From positions 62,001 to 126,000 of the forward strand of contig NMRA01000222.1 of assembly GCA_002633005.1 (NCBI GenBank): DNA of 64,000 bases, in the 5' to 3' direction. Position 1 is the first letter of the stretch. Each line of letters begins with the position of its first letter. The position numbers and the translations under genes are program-made. The notes below the pieces were generated by a model. That model had not been told where the DNA came from. It was given only the letters and a program-made list of their open reading frames with translations, and did no database searches. The stretch is from Phoronis australis (lineage: Eukaryota > Animalia > Phoronida). Of this stretch, positions 39,233 to 51,155 are shown in pieces.

Positions 39233-40151
39233 CTGTTGGAAAAAGAATTACATTGTGTCTAATGGACACACACACACGTTATCAAGATGAGGTCCAAAAT
39301 TGGCCTGGGTAAGACTAGATACTCTTCGTTAACTACATAAAAAATAGCAGTGGAGTTATCCTACATAACATTCAAATAACTTTTCATACACATATCATCT
39401 ATTTTCTGTGATATAAAAAGTGTCTACAGTAATTATTTTGATCTCCAAAAGCCTCGTTCCAAACACATTTTTGACCAACTCTTCTCCAGAAGCTTCCAGA
39501 CAATTAGAGCATACCCGTAGATCATCTTATTTCATAATTAAAGGTGTACCCAAACCAAAAAGAAATTAGTCGGAACTCACATCTTCAAAACAAGAGAATT
39601 TGGAGTTGGGGATCGCATTAAACTATTGACAAAACAATAACTTTTTACATAGTTACCATAAAATATCTCCAATTTAGAACACGCTATGGCCGACAAGTGA
39701 AATTTCATTTACCGGTAATCGTTTTTTTTTTTCATGCAACGTATGTAGCACCTATTAATTACATGCATCTCCATGGTCAAGTTTTGTACCACAGCAACCG
39801 TCAGCCAAAGTTTTAAAAAATTGTGGGCATTCATATTTGAAACATTTGAAAAGTATAAAAGGGTCTATTTTGGCAATTAGTTTTGTCCAAAATTGGTGAG
39901 ATTTTGTTGCATCTGGACATCATTGTTTCTGCCAAATAATCCACTGGAGTTATTAACTTTGAAAGTTATGAAACTTGTTCATGACAATATTTTGATGACA
40001 TTATCGCCGGTAGCACTTCTGGTTGTTAAGAGAGACAGAAAGAAAATAGCGAGGCAAATAATATCCACCGCAGCTTTGAAACAAAAAGCTAAAGCCCACG
40101 CAGCCAGTCATCTTAGCAGCTACAAGCAGTCATTGCACGCCTCTAACTCAC

Positions 40152-40240
40152 AGGTAGCATGGCATTAAACAGGTGAGTGATACTACAAGCTCCACAGTTT
40201 ACAGTTTGTTCGCCTGTGGTCAGGTTGCTCTCGGAATGGC
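40152..40240 (-). CDS. AMDHD2: AMDHD2 coding exon 4a (alternative; both metal-ligand His)
   Basis: ttgtacag|GC CAT..CTA CCT|gtgagt; GHSESNLTTGEQTVNCGACSITHLFNAMLP; 89 nt, phase 1/0. Confidence 0.92.
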
Positions 40241-42187
40241 CTGTACAAATGGATCACAAAATTAAAAAATGTGACTTAATTAGTGGATATTGAATGCATA
40301 CCAATAACGCTTAGTAACTGCTACATGAGTGTTATTCCGTCGGATGTAAATCCAACATGGTGACCTACCACATGTAGAACTAATAATTCAATTTACAGCT
40401 TTGAATAGAATAACAATTAATTTCTATTTTAATGAATTGACCAGCACTTGAATCGACAAAAGCAATTTTATTTGCTGCTTGAAAACAGTTATTGTCATTA
40501 AACATATCACCAAGGGGATAAGCGAACATTGTGTCAATTCAAGACATGGATTGTGATGTGATTCGAAATTTATTTTTCAATAGCACCAGATGATCTCCAA
40601 TCCTGTTACCATAAAACTCCCAAATAATACAAGACAGTAATAATAAAACTGCCACAGTTGTATGCATGAGTAAAACAAAATTACATAACTATTACTAATA
40701 TTTATTGTAAGTATGAACTTGTAATACTTTGAATTGTCAATTTCCACCACTTAATTCAGCTTATAATGACTGCATTCTAACAGTCTGAGACAAGACAGTA
40801 TGAAAAAGAAGGAAACAAAATCACCAACTGAAGACAAGATGAACCTGTGACGAGATGTTGCACACATGTAGATAATGTTAAGTGCACACAATGAAATGTC
40901 ATGCTGGAGAATCCTCAGAAATTATGAGAAAGAACTCAATAGAAATGAAAACAGTCATTGAATAGGGTTATTTTTTATAAAGCACGTCCATAATGATAGG
41001 CCAAAAAGCATTTTGAAGTTGGTTTTGGTCTTTGCCCGACTCACTTTAAGATCTACGCTCACTGACTAAAAATGCCCACAGATATCAACTTTTGTCAAAA
41101 TGTCATATTTTTGGAAAGGCACAAAGTAAGGGCAAGAACGTTTGAAACGCCATGATGTTCTAAACGGTGAATAAAAAAAGAAATCCTACATCAAGTTTGC
41201 TCGTCTCTGGTGAATTTGCTTTTTTTAAATGTGGACAAAACACAGACAAGAACCAACCATGTTTTTGGCCGTGCAGACAAATAATAGTATGAAAAACCAA
41301 AACCTGGCTAAAATTTATGAAAATTAATGGAAGCAGACAAAAAGTGGCTGTTGAGAAGCCGAAAATGCTACACAACATATTCATGGAAGAAATTTTGTGA
41401 CACCAGAATGTTTAGAAAATTGATTTTCATGTTTAGTGATTACAAAGGTGATGCATCAAATTAATGCATTCAATAAGCAAAACATTCACCTGTCCATTAA
41501 ATTGAAAATTCATTGAAAGAAATGTTCGGCAGTACAGATTACTCAGTTCTTGCAGCAGCGACAAGGTATTTGTTGTAAATAAGCCGGACATTCATTGTCT
41601 GGACAGTGAAAATATAACCAGTATATCAAGAATGATTGGTTTTCAAAAACTATATAATGTCACCCAAATTTTGACACTTCATTTCCATATTTGGAATAAT
41701 TTTCAAATTAGAGTAAAATGGTTTACTTCAGGGTTCTTGCCATAAATTTGACATTTAACAGAAAGCAACGAAATCACTCCTTCTTGTTTTTTGACTTATT
41801 TGTTACGTTCACTGCAATTTATAATTATATGTCAAGACATTATATGAAGCCATAAATTATTATTGTGCTCATATTTAGGGAGACTGCATATGACTGAAAA
41901 TGTCCAAAACTATGCAGCAAGATTTTCCTTGGTATTCACAGTTTAGTTCAAACCATGCTGTTAATAGAGACATGAGTTGGGAATTTTGAGCTGTAAGACG
42001 TAAAACTGAGATACCGTGCTTTTGTAAAAGGTGTTTAAATTTTAATGAGGAAAGACATGCACAGATATTTTTTTGTATGAGGGTAAGACATCAGTGTGTA
42101 AGGTTTTGGTAAAAAAGGGCTTTCATGATGAGTCAAAAATTGCATCAAAATAACATCTAATATTAATATTAGTGCCATTATCACCAG

Positions 42188-42335
42188 GGCCCAGTTGCAT
42201 AGAAGTTATGCGCCGTATAGGAATGACGTCGCATTATCACGCGCCACGTTGTTACTGTTGAACAATGCACCTGACGTCATGCAACAATCAAACACTTATC
42301 CGGCAGATAATTTTGAAGCTTTGTGCAATCTAGCC
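42188..42335. mobile_element. Short PIF/Harbinger-like MITE
   Basis: cag|ggcccagttgcata...tgtgcaatctagcc|cag: imperfect TIR with a 3-bp CAG duplication. Confidence 0.45.
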
Positions 42336-42596
42336 CAGATTTAAAACCGTTAGTTTTGCCATCTGCTTCAGCTGGCTATAAAGTGATTTGTATGCCTATA
42401 ATACAGGCTGGGTTCATTGTATTTTTAAAAGTATAACTTGGAATTGCTTATGAACATGTCACTATATAAATATTATGTTCTCACTCTATTTGTGCTGTCA
42501 TTAGAAAACTTGCATGCTATAGTTATCGCCGTGCATCTGAATGCGTGTTACAGTTATCCCCGTGCATCTGTGACTGATGAGATCAGAGAAGCTTAC

Positions 42597-42806
42597 CCAC
42601 AGAAACAATGACTCCTCTCTTGACTAGTTCTTGAGTGACTTCATCAGCATTTTTTAGCTCAGGTGCGAGGGTGACAATAACGACATCTTTTAGCGAGCCA
42701 TAAACATCCACCAAGTCATCGAAGCCATTGTCAAACTTGCGAACAAACTGGGGAGGGTGTGCACCCAGTTTGTCCTTGCTGATGAAAGGCCCCTCTAGGT
42801 GTATAC
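42597..42806 (-). CDS. AMDHD2: AMDHD2 coding exon 3 (HLEGPF metal-ligand Glu)
   Basis: GIHLEGPFISKDKLGAHPPQFVRKFDNGFDDLVDVYGSLKDVVIVTLAPELKNADEVTQELVKRGVIVSV; |gtaagc. Confidence 0.96.
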
Positions 42807-43239
42807 CTTCCCATAGAAAAAAATTATTAGCAAACAGTCATGCAATTTTAAGAAGCAACAATATAGTTTAGCTATAAAACTCCCTTCCATTACAAAAACA
42901 AATTTTAACTTACAGTAGACCACATGCCATATGAAATTGTTCTGTAGTCTAATTGGAGATGATTCCAGGGCTTCTTGACCCTCATTGGTCACCTTTTGAG
43001 AAATTACGATGATTCAAAGCTTTCCATGAGATATTGGATTATCGCATCCAGGTACTCACCTTGAAAAAAATTAGGATTTGACTAATTTTCAGGAGTTGCG
43101 AGATTTCCTCAGTGGATGGTTGGTTACTACAGATACTGGATTATTGCAAACAGTTTGATACAACAACAGAATTGCAAGACTTAGACAGACAGCTGTCACA
43201 AAACACTTCACATTCAAAAAATTGATATTAAAATCCTAC

Positions 43240-43434
43240 CCAACACCTCAGCACCATGTTTTCCACCAGGTCTTTTGTACAACTTGGGAAGAGCCTGTTT
43301 GTAGTATTCACAACAAGACGTAATGACTGTGGGAACGTATGAGGTAACACCATGTGCCAACAGTCCCTTACTGACTAGGTTAACACCTTCAATGAGCTTA
43401 TCTTCAGATGATGAGAAATCTACACCGAACGCAC
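43240..43434 (-). CDS. AMDHD2: AMDHD2 coding exon 2
   Basis: GAFGVDFSSSEDKLIEGVNLVSKGLLAHGVTSYVPTVITS..KRPGGKHGAEVL; phases 1/1. Confidence 0.95.
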
Positions 43435-44379
43435 CTTTAAAGGGATCACATTTCAGTTATTGCATAAGACAGGTACTGGAGACATACTGGGTAGTGACAA
43501 GAAAATGGGAGATATTCGAGGGAAATTTCTTGGAGAATTCAGATTTAATCCACAGCATTACTGCCATTTTTAGATGCATTGTGGGGTAGTTCTTGACTCG
43601 TATACATCACAGATAACATGCAGACGTGTAGCCCGATTCATAATTAATTGACTTCAGGGTGATTGTAGGATGCAAGTCTCAAGAATCTTTTGTGCAAGAC
43701 TTGCTGTTTTATGTAACTATATTTGATGCAGTTTGAGACTCGTTTACACTCTTTCATTGTTCTATGAAGGTTGGTTTGTCGTACTCGTACCATAACACAA
43801 TGCAGTGGTCCTGTGCTTTCAATTATGTGTACACGCAAGTGACAAGCGTTGATTACGTCATACTGTTTTTTACCAAGTTGTCAGTGACGTCACCAGATAT
43901 TTACGAGCCAGCAACCATACACATTGCATTTTAAAAATGTTAACTGTGCTGTACATGAAATCCCTCAAATCCGTACAAGGGATTACAGAAATTGTTGGTG
44001 AAACAGCAGCATGGAAATGTTCAAATCACTACACAATGTACGGTAACCCTGTAGAAAAGTAAAATTACGCAATCCTCAAAGTATTTAAGCAATTCTGAGA
44101 GTGTATTGTCCAACAATCTATGTCTTCAGTGGCTTCACTTTTTGACGATCGCTGTAACTTCAACAGAAACGTTGAATAATGGCTCCTTGAAAGCTATGGT
44201 CTCAGCATGGTACATTTATTTAGGAGGTGATTATTTTGATACCATAATACATGTAGTGCCTATGTGAGACCAATGGGCAAGACCCTTTCCATGTAGGCTA
44301 TATGAAATGAAATAATAATGTGCCTTGATCTTATTCATTACACAACAATTAATAAAACTTATTTTAAAAATTGAATTAC

Positions 44380-44587
44380 CATTTATCTGTGTGTCAATTA
44401 AACCTGGAGCTAAAATTGCATTATTGCAGAATATCTGAACATCTGCTCCCTTTTGTTCATCATAAAATAGCTTTTCAGGATCAATTATTTTTCCATTCTT
44501 CACCCATAAATCCTCTCGGATGATGTTGTGGTCTCTTAGTATACGGCAGTTTTTGTACTGGTAAATGATGTCCCCGGACTTTGGCAT
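44380..44587 (-). CDS. AMDHD2: AMDHD2 coding exon 1 (ATG at 44587; acceptor at 44616); full CDS 1242 nt = 413 aa
   Basis: MPKSGDIIYQYKNCRILRDHNIIREDLWVKNGKIIDPEKLFYDE..ILAPGLIDTQIN|G; has the QxN motif of single-metal NagA enzymes. Confidence 0.95.
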
Positions 44588-45046
44588 CTTAACGCAGAAC
44601 CATTTAAAATGCTGACCTGGAAAATGAAAAAACAAGATGGAACGAAGAATTTTATTGAAAGATATACAAGATTACAAAAAGGTTGATTCAGTTAGTTAAT
44701 TCTTAACATGAATGTGTAGAAAACAGAAAATCTCCCAATTGCCTACAGCTGTCACGCGGGAGGAACTGTAATTACCTTTCAAATGACCCATTAACTTTCA
44801 CAAAGTCTGCACACAACACAAAAAACAAAATCAAGACCTTTAGTGTAATTAGCCGGACAGCTGCATTAAGTCTAACATCAAAATACAGCTAGGATTCCCA
44901 GAGTGACAACTTCACATAGACCTCAAAATTTCACACGTCCTGGGTAGTTATGCTAGTCACATCACCATGAAAGTGGTACCAACATGCCTAAAGCAGTAAG
45001 TGGATGGGCCGGTGAATTCAAAATCTGGGGGTCAGCCAACACTCAC

Positions 45047-45130
45047 CTTGCTCGTTACAGCAGTGAAGAAGAATAAATGTTGTTCTCTCAAGTCTTTATC
45101 CAGCTTTTGTAAAAGTCCATGAATTACTTA
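45047..45130 (-). other. AMDHD2: Putative non-coding 5' exon of AMDHD2 (5' boundary undefined)
   Basis: Strong donor AAG|gtgagt at 45047/45046 lies upstream of the strong acceptor (ttttttcattttccag) of the ATG exon. Confidence 0.4.
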
Positions 45131-45537
45131 CAGTAGGCTCATGATAAACATTAGTTTAATTTTTTGTGACATCTTTCGGGAGATGAGGACAACTACAAAG
45201 CAAAATTTGCTCAGGAATATATGGTTTGTTGGAATAACCTTCATGTGAAATCAATTTTGACAATTAGTTTGTATGCAACCTTGCGGACAAAGAACGGCTG
45301 ATTGAAAAATCAGTAAGAAAAGAAATTGGCCAATAGGTGATGCTCATGACGCTGAAAGTACAGACACAAATTATCCTGCATCAAACTTAGAAGCCGAAAA
45401 ACTGTAGAATGTTAGCACTGGCAACTAATAGGGTTTACTCAAGCAAAAGTGTAGTTAAATTTGTGTCACTTACCATTTCTCCCATTTTTTATACTACCCA
45501 CATTGGTCCAAAGTTGTTTGTTTATCAGTTTATACAG

Positions 45538-45760
45538 CAGGGCTCGACGCTATTAAAATCGCTAGGTCGCATTTTGCGACCTAGCCAAAATCCCAGGTCG
45601 CATTTTCAAAATCCAGCTCGCATTCGTAAATGCCAGGTCGCAAAATTTTCCCGCCATTTTTATGTGTTTTGTGAACTTTTATCACGTGTTAAGCAGTGGC
45701 CCGAAACTTTCTTCGGCGAATCCGGGAATTTACAAAAGTGGCCGAAAGTGTTAGCCAATG
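45538..45760 (+). mobile_element. One end of a hAT-like DNA transposon
   Basis: Begins cagggctcgac with repeated subterminal g(g/c)tcgca motifs (x4, one forming the palindrome ggtcgcattttgcgacc); partner end not found. Confidence 0.45.
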
Positions 45761-46278
45761 AAACGCATCAAAAATCGATTCTGCATATCCCACGCGACTT
45801 GCTTACAAGTCATTGGGAGGGCTGTTCTCGGTACGTGTTCTTTTGAACTTGGATTTGGCAACAACCAAATAACGGTGGGATTTACAAGAGCTGCTTTGTA
45901 TTTGCCAGGTATCTGTTGANATGCTTTAACCAAAATTTTCAACATAAATGTTGAGTTCAGTACTGTGTTTTGCAATAAAAAAACAAGTGAACAATATTTT
46001 GATGACCAAGACGTGGGCCGAAACTGTTAAGCACCCAGCGTGTTCCATTTGTCTGCTGCGTTTTTCCTTTGGCCTAACAGATGTCGGTTAGTGCCTGGGA
46101 CAAATAGATAGATTGCATAAACAATCCCTGGGTTGCTTTTTGTTCCGTCTGAAGAAAATTTAATTTCGAAAATATCTTCTGAAAATGAACAAAAAAGTGC
46201 ATTAGTAAAATCAACAAGTTTTTAAGTGGTCTCAAAAAAACAGTCGGTAAATGCATTAATTTTAGTCTCAGTTCTTCC

Positions 46279-46409
46279 ATGCGTATTTCTCCCGAGAGGT
46301 TAGTACCTAACGTGCAGACGAGCACTCCAAATTGGAACGCTAAGTCCCGCGTGGCAGCGCTGCACGCGAAACAAGATGGCGGACGACCTTTGGAGACTGA
46401 CGACGAGAG
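46279..46409 (+). CDS. Exon 1 of a putative small unassigned protein (ATG 46279; alternative ATG 46376 in another frame)
   Basis: Open frame MRISPERLVPNVQTSTPNWNAKSRVAALHAKQDGGRPLETDDE, donor AG|gtaatc, CpG-rich context containing caagatggcgg. Confidence 0.5.
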
Positions 46410-47478
46410 GTAATCGGACTATATACGTCCAAGTTTTTACCTGACTTTTCCCTTTCTTCTTGTTTACTAACTCAAAGAACGGAAGTCAGCTGAATAATCT
46501 AGGTCACGACGCTATCCAATGTAAGTTCTTTTAAGCGATTTCTGCTGCTCTGTGCCACAAATCCCCGTATATAGGTCAGGTCTGTTGACGTAGGCCTACT
46601 GAGCTGCGTGTTGTTTTCTAAATGATGCCGCAATAAAATGACTATCATGCCATTAAAACGCAAGTATCCTGGAAGATACTCCACGGCACAGCTTCTCCGT
46701 TTTCCCCTCTTGTTTGGGGGTCTTTTGACAATTTATGCTGTGGGATTTCATTACCGGTAAGTTGGGTAGAAATCTAGAAAATAATAAGTGTCTCCAGGGA
46801 CATGATGTACAGATTTTGAAGGTGTGTGGATGTAAATAATACAAGGTTCGGCTGTAATGCTGTTTAATTTTTTAGTAATAATCACATTATGTAGTGGATC
46901 GATGGGAAGTGTCCCAAGACATAATTACTGGGGGTATGCACAATTGAGCTCTCATTGTAGACAACTGTGCTAGTGATAGCCCTTGAAGTGGTATAAGATC
47001 TGTAGTTTATAATTAGGCAACACACTGTTGCATTAGTTTGGCAAATGCCGTTAGTTTAGGCTGAAAGAAAATAATGCTTTGCATCATACTCAATAACTGA
47101 CAGGGAAAAAACTGCTCGATGAGAGGCTGGTAACATATTAGTTGGATGCATGTCCCTCTCAACCCCCAAACCCCTGTGGGTGAGCTACCCCAGGTCAACT
47201 AATTTTTTTAAGAACAAACAGCAATTAATGACTCATAAACTCAACAGATAAGATTCAACCAGTAACAGCTAATAGAACTCGCAAAAGTCGGTTCCAAGCA
47301 GACTGCAGGATTTCATTAGAGTGTGAGGATTGGCAATCCAACTTACTGAAAACATTCGGGTTACCTGAAGAGGTTAACAAAGTATCCACTCAACTTTGTG
47401 GAAGTTAGCAAAAATCCAACTAATGCATGCCCCTATTGTCCAAGTTTTGTTGCCTGCTGTAATAATTTTTCTTTCCAG

Positions 47479-47608
47479 GCATTTGTTTTTCCAAGATGAG
47501 TTGAGTGCAGTACGCGAGAAAAACAGAGAAGAACGTCAAAGGATGGAAAATGTTATGGTTGAAGCAGAAAAGAAACTGGACCCACACAAGATTACCAGGA
47601 TCAAGTGA
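47479..47608 (+). CDS. Exon 2 of the putative small coiled-coil protein
   Basis: Strong acceptor tttttctttccag|G; (R)HLFFQDELSAVREKNREERQRMENVMVEAEKKLDPHKITRIK*; phase 2 matches exon 1. Confidence 0.55.
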
Positions 47609-50600
47609 CCTGACCAGGCATTCAAGCATTGTATTAACATTGCAGCTTTGATGAGTTCATGATACATGGGTAGGACGATGCCAGCTGTTAGGGGGGTTGT
47701 ATCGTGCTAGCTGGACTTGCTAATTTCACATTGTCTGCAATTGTTCCACTTACAGGATTTGTTCATTTTATTTAGGCTAAGTGCAGATCAAGTTAATATT
47801 TTTGTTTGAACTTTTTGATTGAATGTGTAAAGCAGACTGCTTCTTCTGGAGTTGGTCATTTCATTTCAAGATGTGGCACCTAAAAGGAGACCCGCCAGTC
47901 TGATGTCTACTTTGCTGTTAATGGTTGAAATTTCCATTTGGAATTCATATGGTGCTTTGTGAACTGGTCGTTCTCTATTCAGTGACAACATTGATAAGCA
48001 TTGTCTATCCTGATGTCAGGTAGACCAAGAGTTTGGAGAGCTAGTCTTCTGAGATTATGAAAAACTTTTGGCTCTAATGAATGAAAGCTTGGGTCAGTTT
48101 CATGAAAAATGAGACTGCATGAAGTCAGAAATTTGGTTTGTTTGGTTTGAAAAAAAAAATTTAATCTCACTTTAAATTAGCAAAGTACTGTAGTGTCTGA
48201 GAATTATACAGTTTAACTGTTAAGTTAGTTTCAGTAGGTGAATTACTATTTCTAGACGGTAATGCCCTCATGATTATCTCGAATTATGAAGTGGAAGTGC
48301 AACACCAAATTTCTGTCTTGTGAATGGAATCATGAACGTCAGCCATGTACACGTACATTTAACTTAGTTCAACATCTTCAGGATAGATACAATACCATAC
48401 ATGCTATCGTGCTTAGAAGTTTTTGCCCCTCTGATGGAGATTGCATGCCCTTACTTTTGCGTAGAAGTCGTCATTTGGGAAGTAATCGCTCATCACGATC
48501 CAGAAGGCAAATACTTATAAGTGAGGTAGCAAATTTTGTGGCGATTCTTTGCTTATTTAGCTCGCAATATGGCCAACAAGTCAAATTTTCCTTAAAAATA
48601 AAAATAAAAATGTTGTCTATTACGAGGATTTTTGCACCGAGTAGATGCCATAAAACAACATTTTGTAAAAGTTTCCAGTATTTGTAGCAAAGTAAACAGC
48701 ATTCAAAACCCGGCAATTATTTTTGTACGAAATGAGTAGGGAATTAACGGTACAGTGATTGACCATTGTGATAATGGAACATGTACAGTAGATGTTAAAG
48801 ATTTGCATGTGATTTGTGTTTAAGCTTATAGTGGAACCTATGTGCTTGTTGACTGTTCTGCAGTGAATTTAGTAAAGGATTTACTCCAATATGTTTGATA
48901 ACAATAAGTAATATTTTAAATTCTAACACTCGACACATATCCAGTTTTCAAAGATAAAACTTCAATTTATGTACAACTTTGACAAGATTAAGGAAATGAA
49001 GGAAATTAGCGTCAACTGGGCCAGAAAATCATTGTATTAGTTGAAAATTCCTGCTCAATTTTGCCAATTTTCCACAAGATTATGTCTAATTTCTTAAATT
49101 TCCATATAACAATGTCCATCATGGCTTTGTCAAAACTAGAAAGATTTCCCAAGCGCATAGTCACCCAAGAGTTCATTTGTCATTCAAGTCTATAACAGAA
49201 CAATTTGCATGTACTAAAAATACATATGCTACTCAATTAGTTTTGCTAGAAGTGTTCACAAATAAACACTTATCAATCACATTGCCACAGCGATGACCCA
49301 TACTAGCAAGACTTTTCTATCTTGCTAGTGCAGGAAAATCACAATGTGCATGCTGGGCTCACAAGACTTATCACTATATCTGTGCACATTAGCGACCAAA
49401 CTGGGGAGCAAGAACAACTTAATGCACAGGTTTCAGTGCTGTGATACAATATATGCAAACATTGACATAAATCTACTTGGTAAATGTTAGTCTGTTTTTC
49501 TTAAACAGGACCAGCATTTTCCAAAGGCCGGTTTTGCATCTTGTACAGTACAAAACTACCATGCTACCAGTGTTGTAAATAAAAATTCAACTTTATTTTG
49601 TTCATAAAGTCTGCTGATTTGAAGAACATTTTGCTAAGGTGCCATCACATTTTAGAACACTTTGTGAAACTAATTGATTCTTGTTACTGAAGTGGCTGTA
49701 CAATGCTTGTGTGTATTACAAGAAAACAAGACAGAAAATCAGAACATAATGATTTAAACTACTTGTTTATTTTATGAAGTACGTCAGAGTCACGGATTAG
49801 AGTACAACTTTTTACAAAGAGACGGAATAAAAAAATCGCTGAAATTGCAGTAGTTTTTTATAGAAAACCTTAAAATGAAAACTTTGAATCTAATACATCA
49901 TTAACAGCCAGAATTCAAATTTGCAAGACAGTGACAATAGAACAATTTACTAACCTTGAAAATCTTCTAAGTATATGCTTTTTGGGTCATGTAGCAAGAA
50001 AAAAAACAGCCCTCAAAGCAACAGAAGAGCAGATATAAAACTAATGTGCTGTTTCATAAATTTGTTCGACTTTGTAGTTAATGCTGCAGACTACTTCTGA
50101 GGTTAAAACACCTTCGCCGTATCTTTGCCCTTCTAGGCATAATCATTCCCTTGTTTTTTTGATCTCTCAGCAGAATTGTCATCTCCATTTTTTCATCTGC
50201 CATTAGAGTAGCATGAACCTGGACACTGCTACAGGTCCCTCTGTTGCTGCTTTGTGGGAAAGGAGCAGCAGTTCAGATGAATCCAATAAATAAGTACTCT
50301 CTTGTTTCTAGCCCGATCTCCTGCACCTTTACTGTGCATACTCTTCCTAAACTTTTAATAACAACTGCTTCAATAGTGATGTCCACCAATACTTTCAATA
50401 TGATGAAGTTCGGTGTTACAAGAAACAAAATGAATTAAAATGTGGAGAGAGGAATCTGCAAAAAATCAAGGAAGCATGGCCTTTAAGGGTAAATATAAAC
50501 GTCGTTTACTAGTTACAAGATTTAGGACCTTGAAGGCATGATTTTACAAACCAAATTTGAACTCTGCAACAGCTTCATCTTTACAAGATAAAAAATATTT

Positions 50601-50751
50601 CACACACATGATCCAGTCAGTGAGAAAGTAACATGTACAGCAATGCCGACTTCACGACATAAAAAGCATTCAAATTAAAACAAAAATGCCGCGACGAATG
50701 AGTCGCTACAAGTTGGTGCCAAGCTCCTTGTAGCGTTTTCCATCATGAGGG

Positions 50752-50821
50752 TTAAAACTGATAGAGAGCTTGTAACAACTGGTGCTTCTCAGCCTGACAG
50801 GCATCCAAGCGTCCGTGTGGC
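50752..50821 (-). CDS. RANGAP1: Ran GTPase-activating protein 1, last coding exon
   Basis: tttcatttcag|G CCA..: (Q)PHGRLDACQAEKHQLLQALYQF*, resembling the vertebrate C-terminus PNSALESCSFARHSLLQTLYKV (recalled). Confidence 0.88.
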
Positions 50822-51155
50822 CTGAAATGAAATAATCGTCAAATATGAAGTGCACTCAAGTGGCAACACCAAGCTCAGACTGACACTGTAGCAGCGTATA
50901 AGTCGGAACTAAACAAGTTTACCAGAAACAGAAAACAAGAACACTTCGCCTTTTTTCAAGTCCCACACTATCAACTAGAAGCTTCCTCTAATACTTTGTC
51001 AGAGAAGCAAACATTTCTAGAAATTATGCTCCGGGTGATAAAAATGGCGAGACCAAAAACTCACTTGATAGCGCGTTATTATTAAACAGTAATAAAATCA
51101 GAGTAATAAAATCAGAGCGTTTCTTTAGCCCAGACATCCACTTCTAGTAAGAGTA

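Noticed and set aside
33681-44587. Bacterial nagA or horizontal transfer
   Set aside because: Eight GT-AG coding exons and an animal AMDHD2-like sequence; no prokaryotic gene organisation
45409-45846. 145-aa plus-strand ORF
   Set aside because: Runs across a transposon end with repetitive motifs; no protein-like features
50040-50456. Separate coding exon after the acceptor-like site at ~50455
   Set aside because: No sustained open frame; most likely RANGAP1 3' UTR
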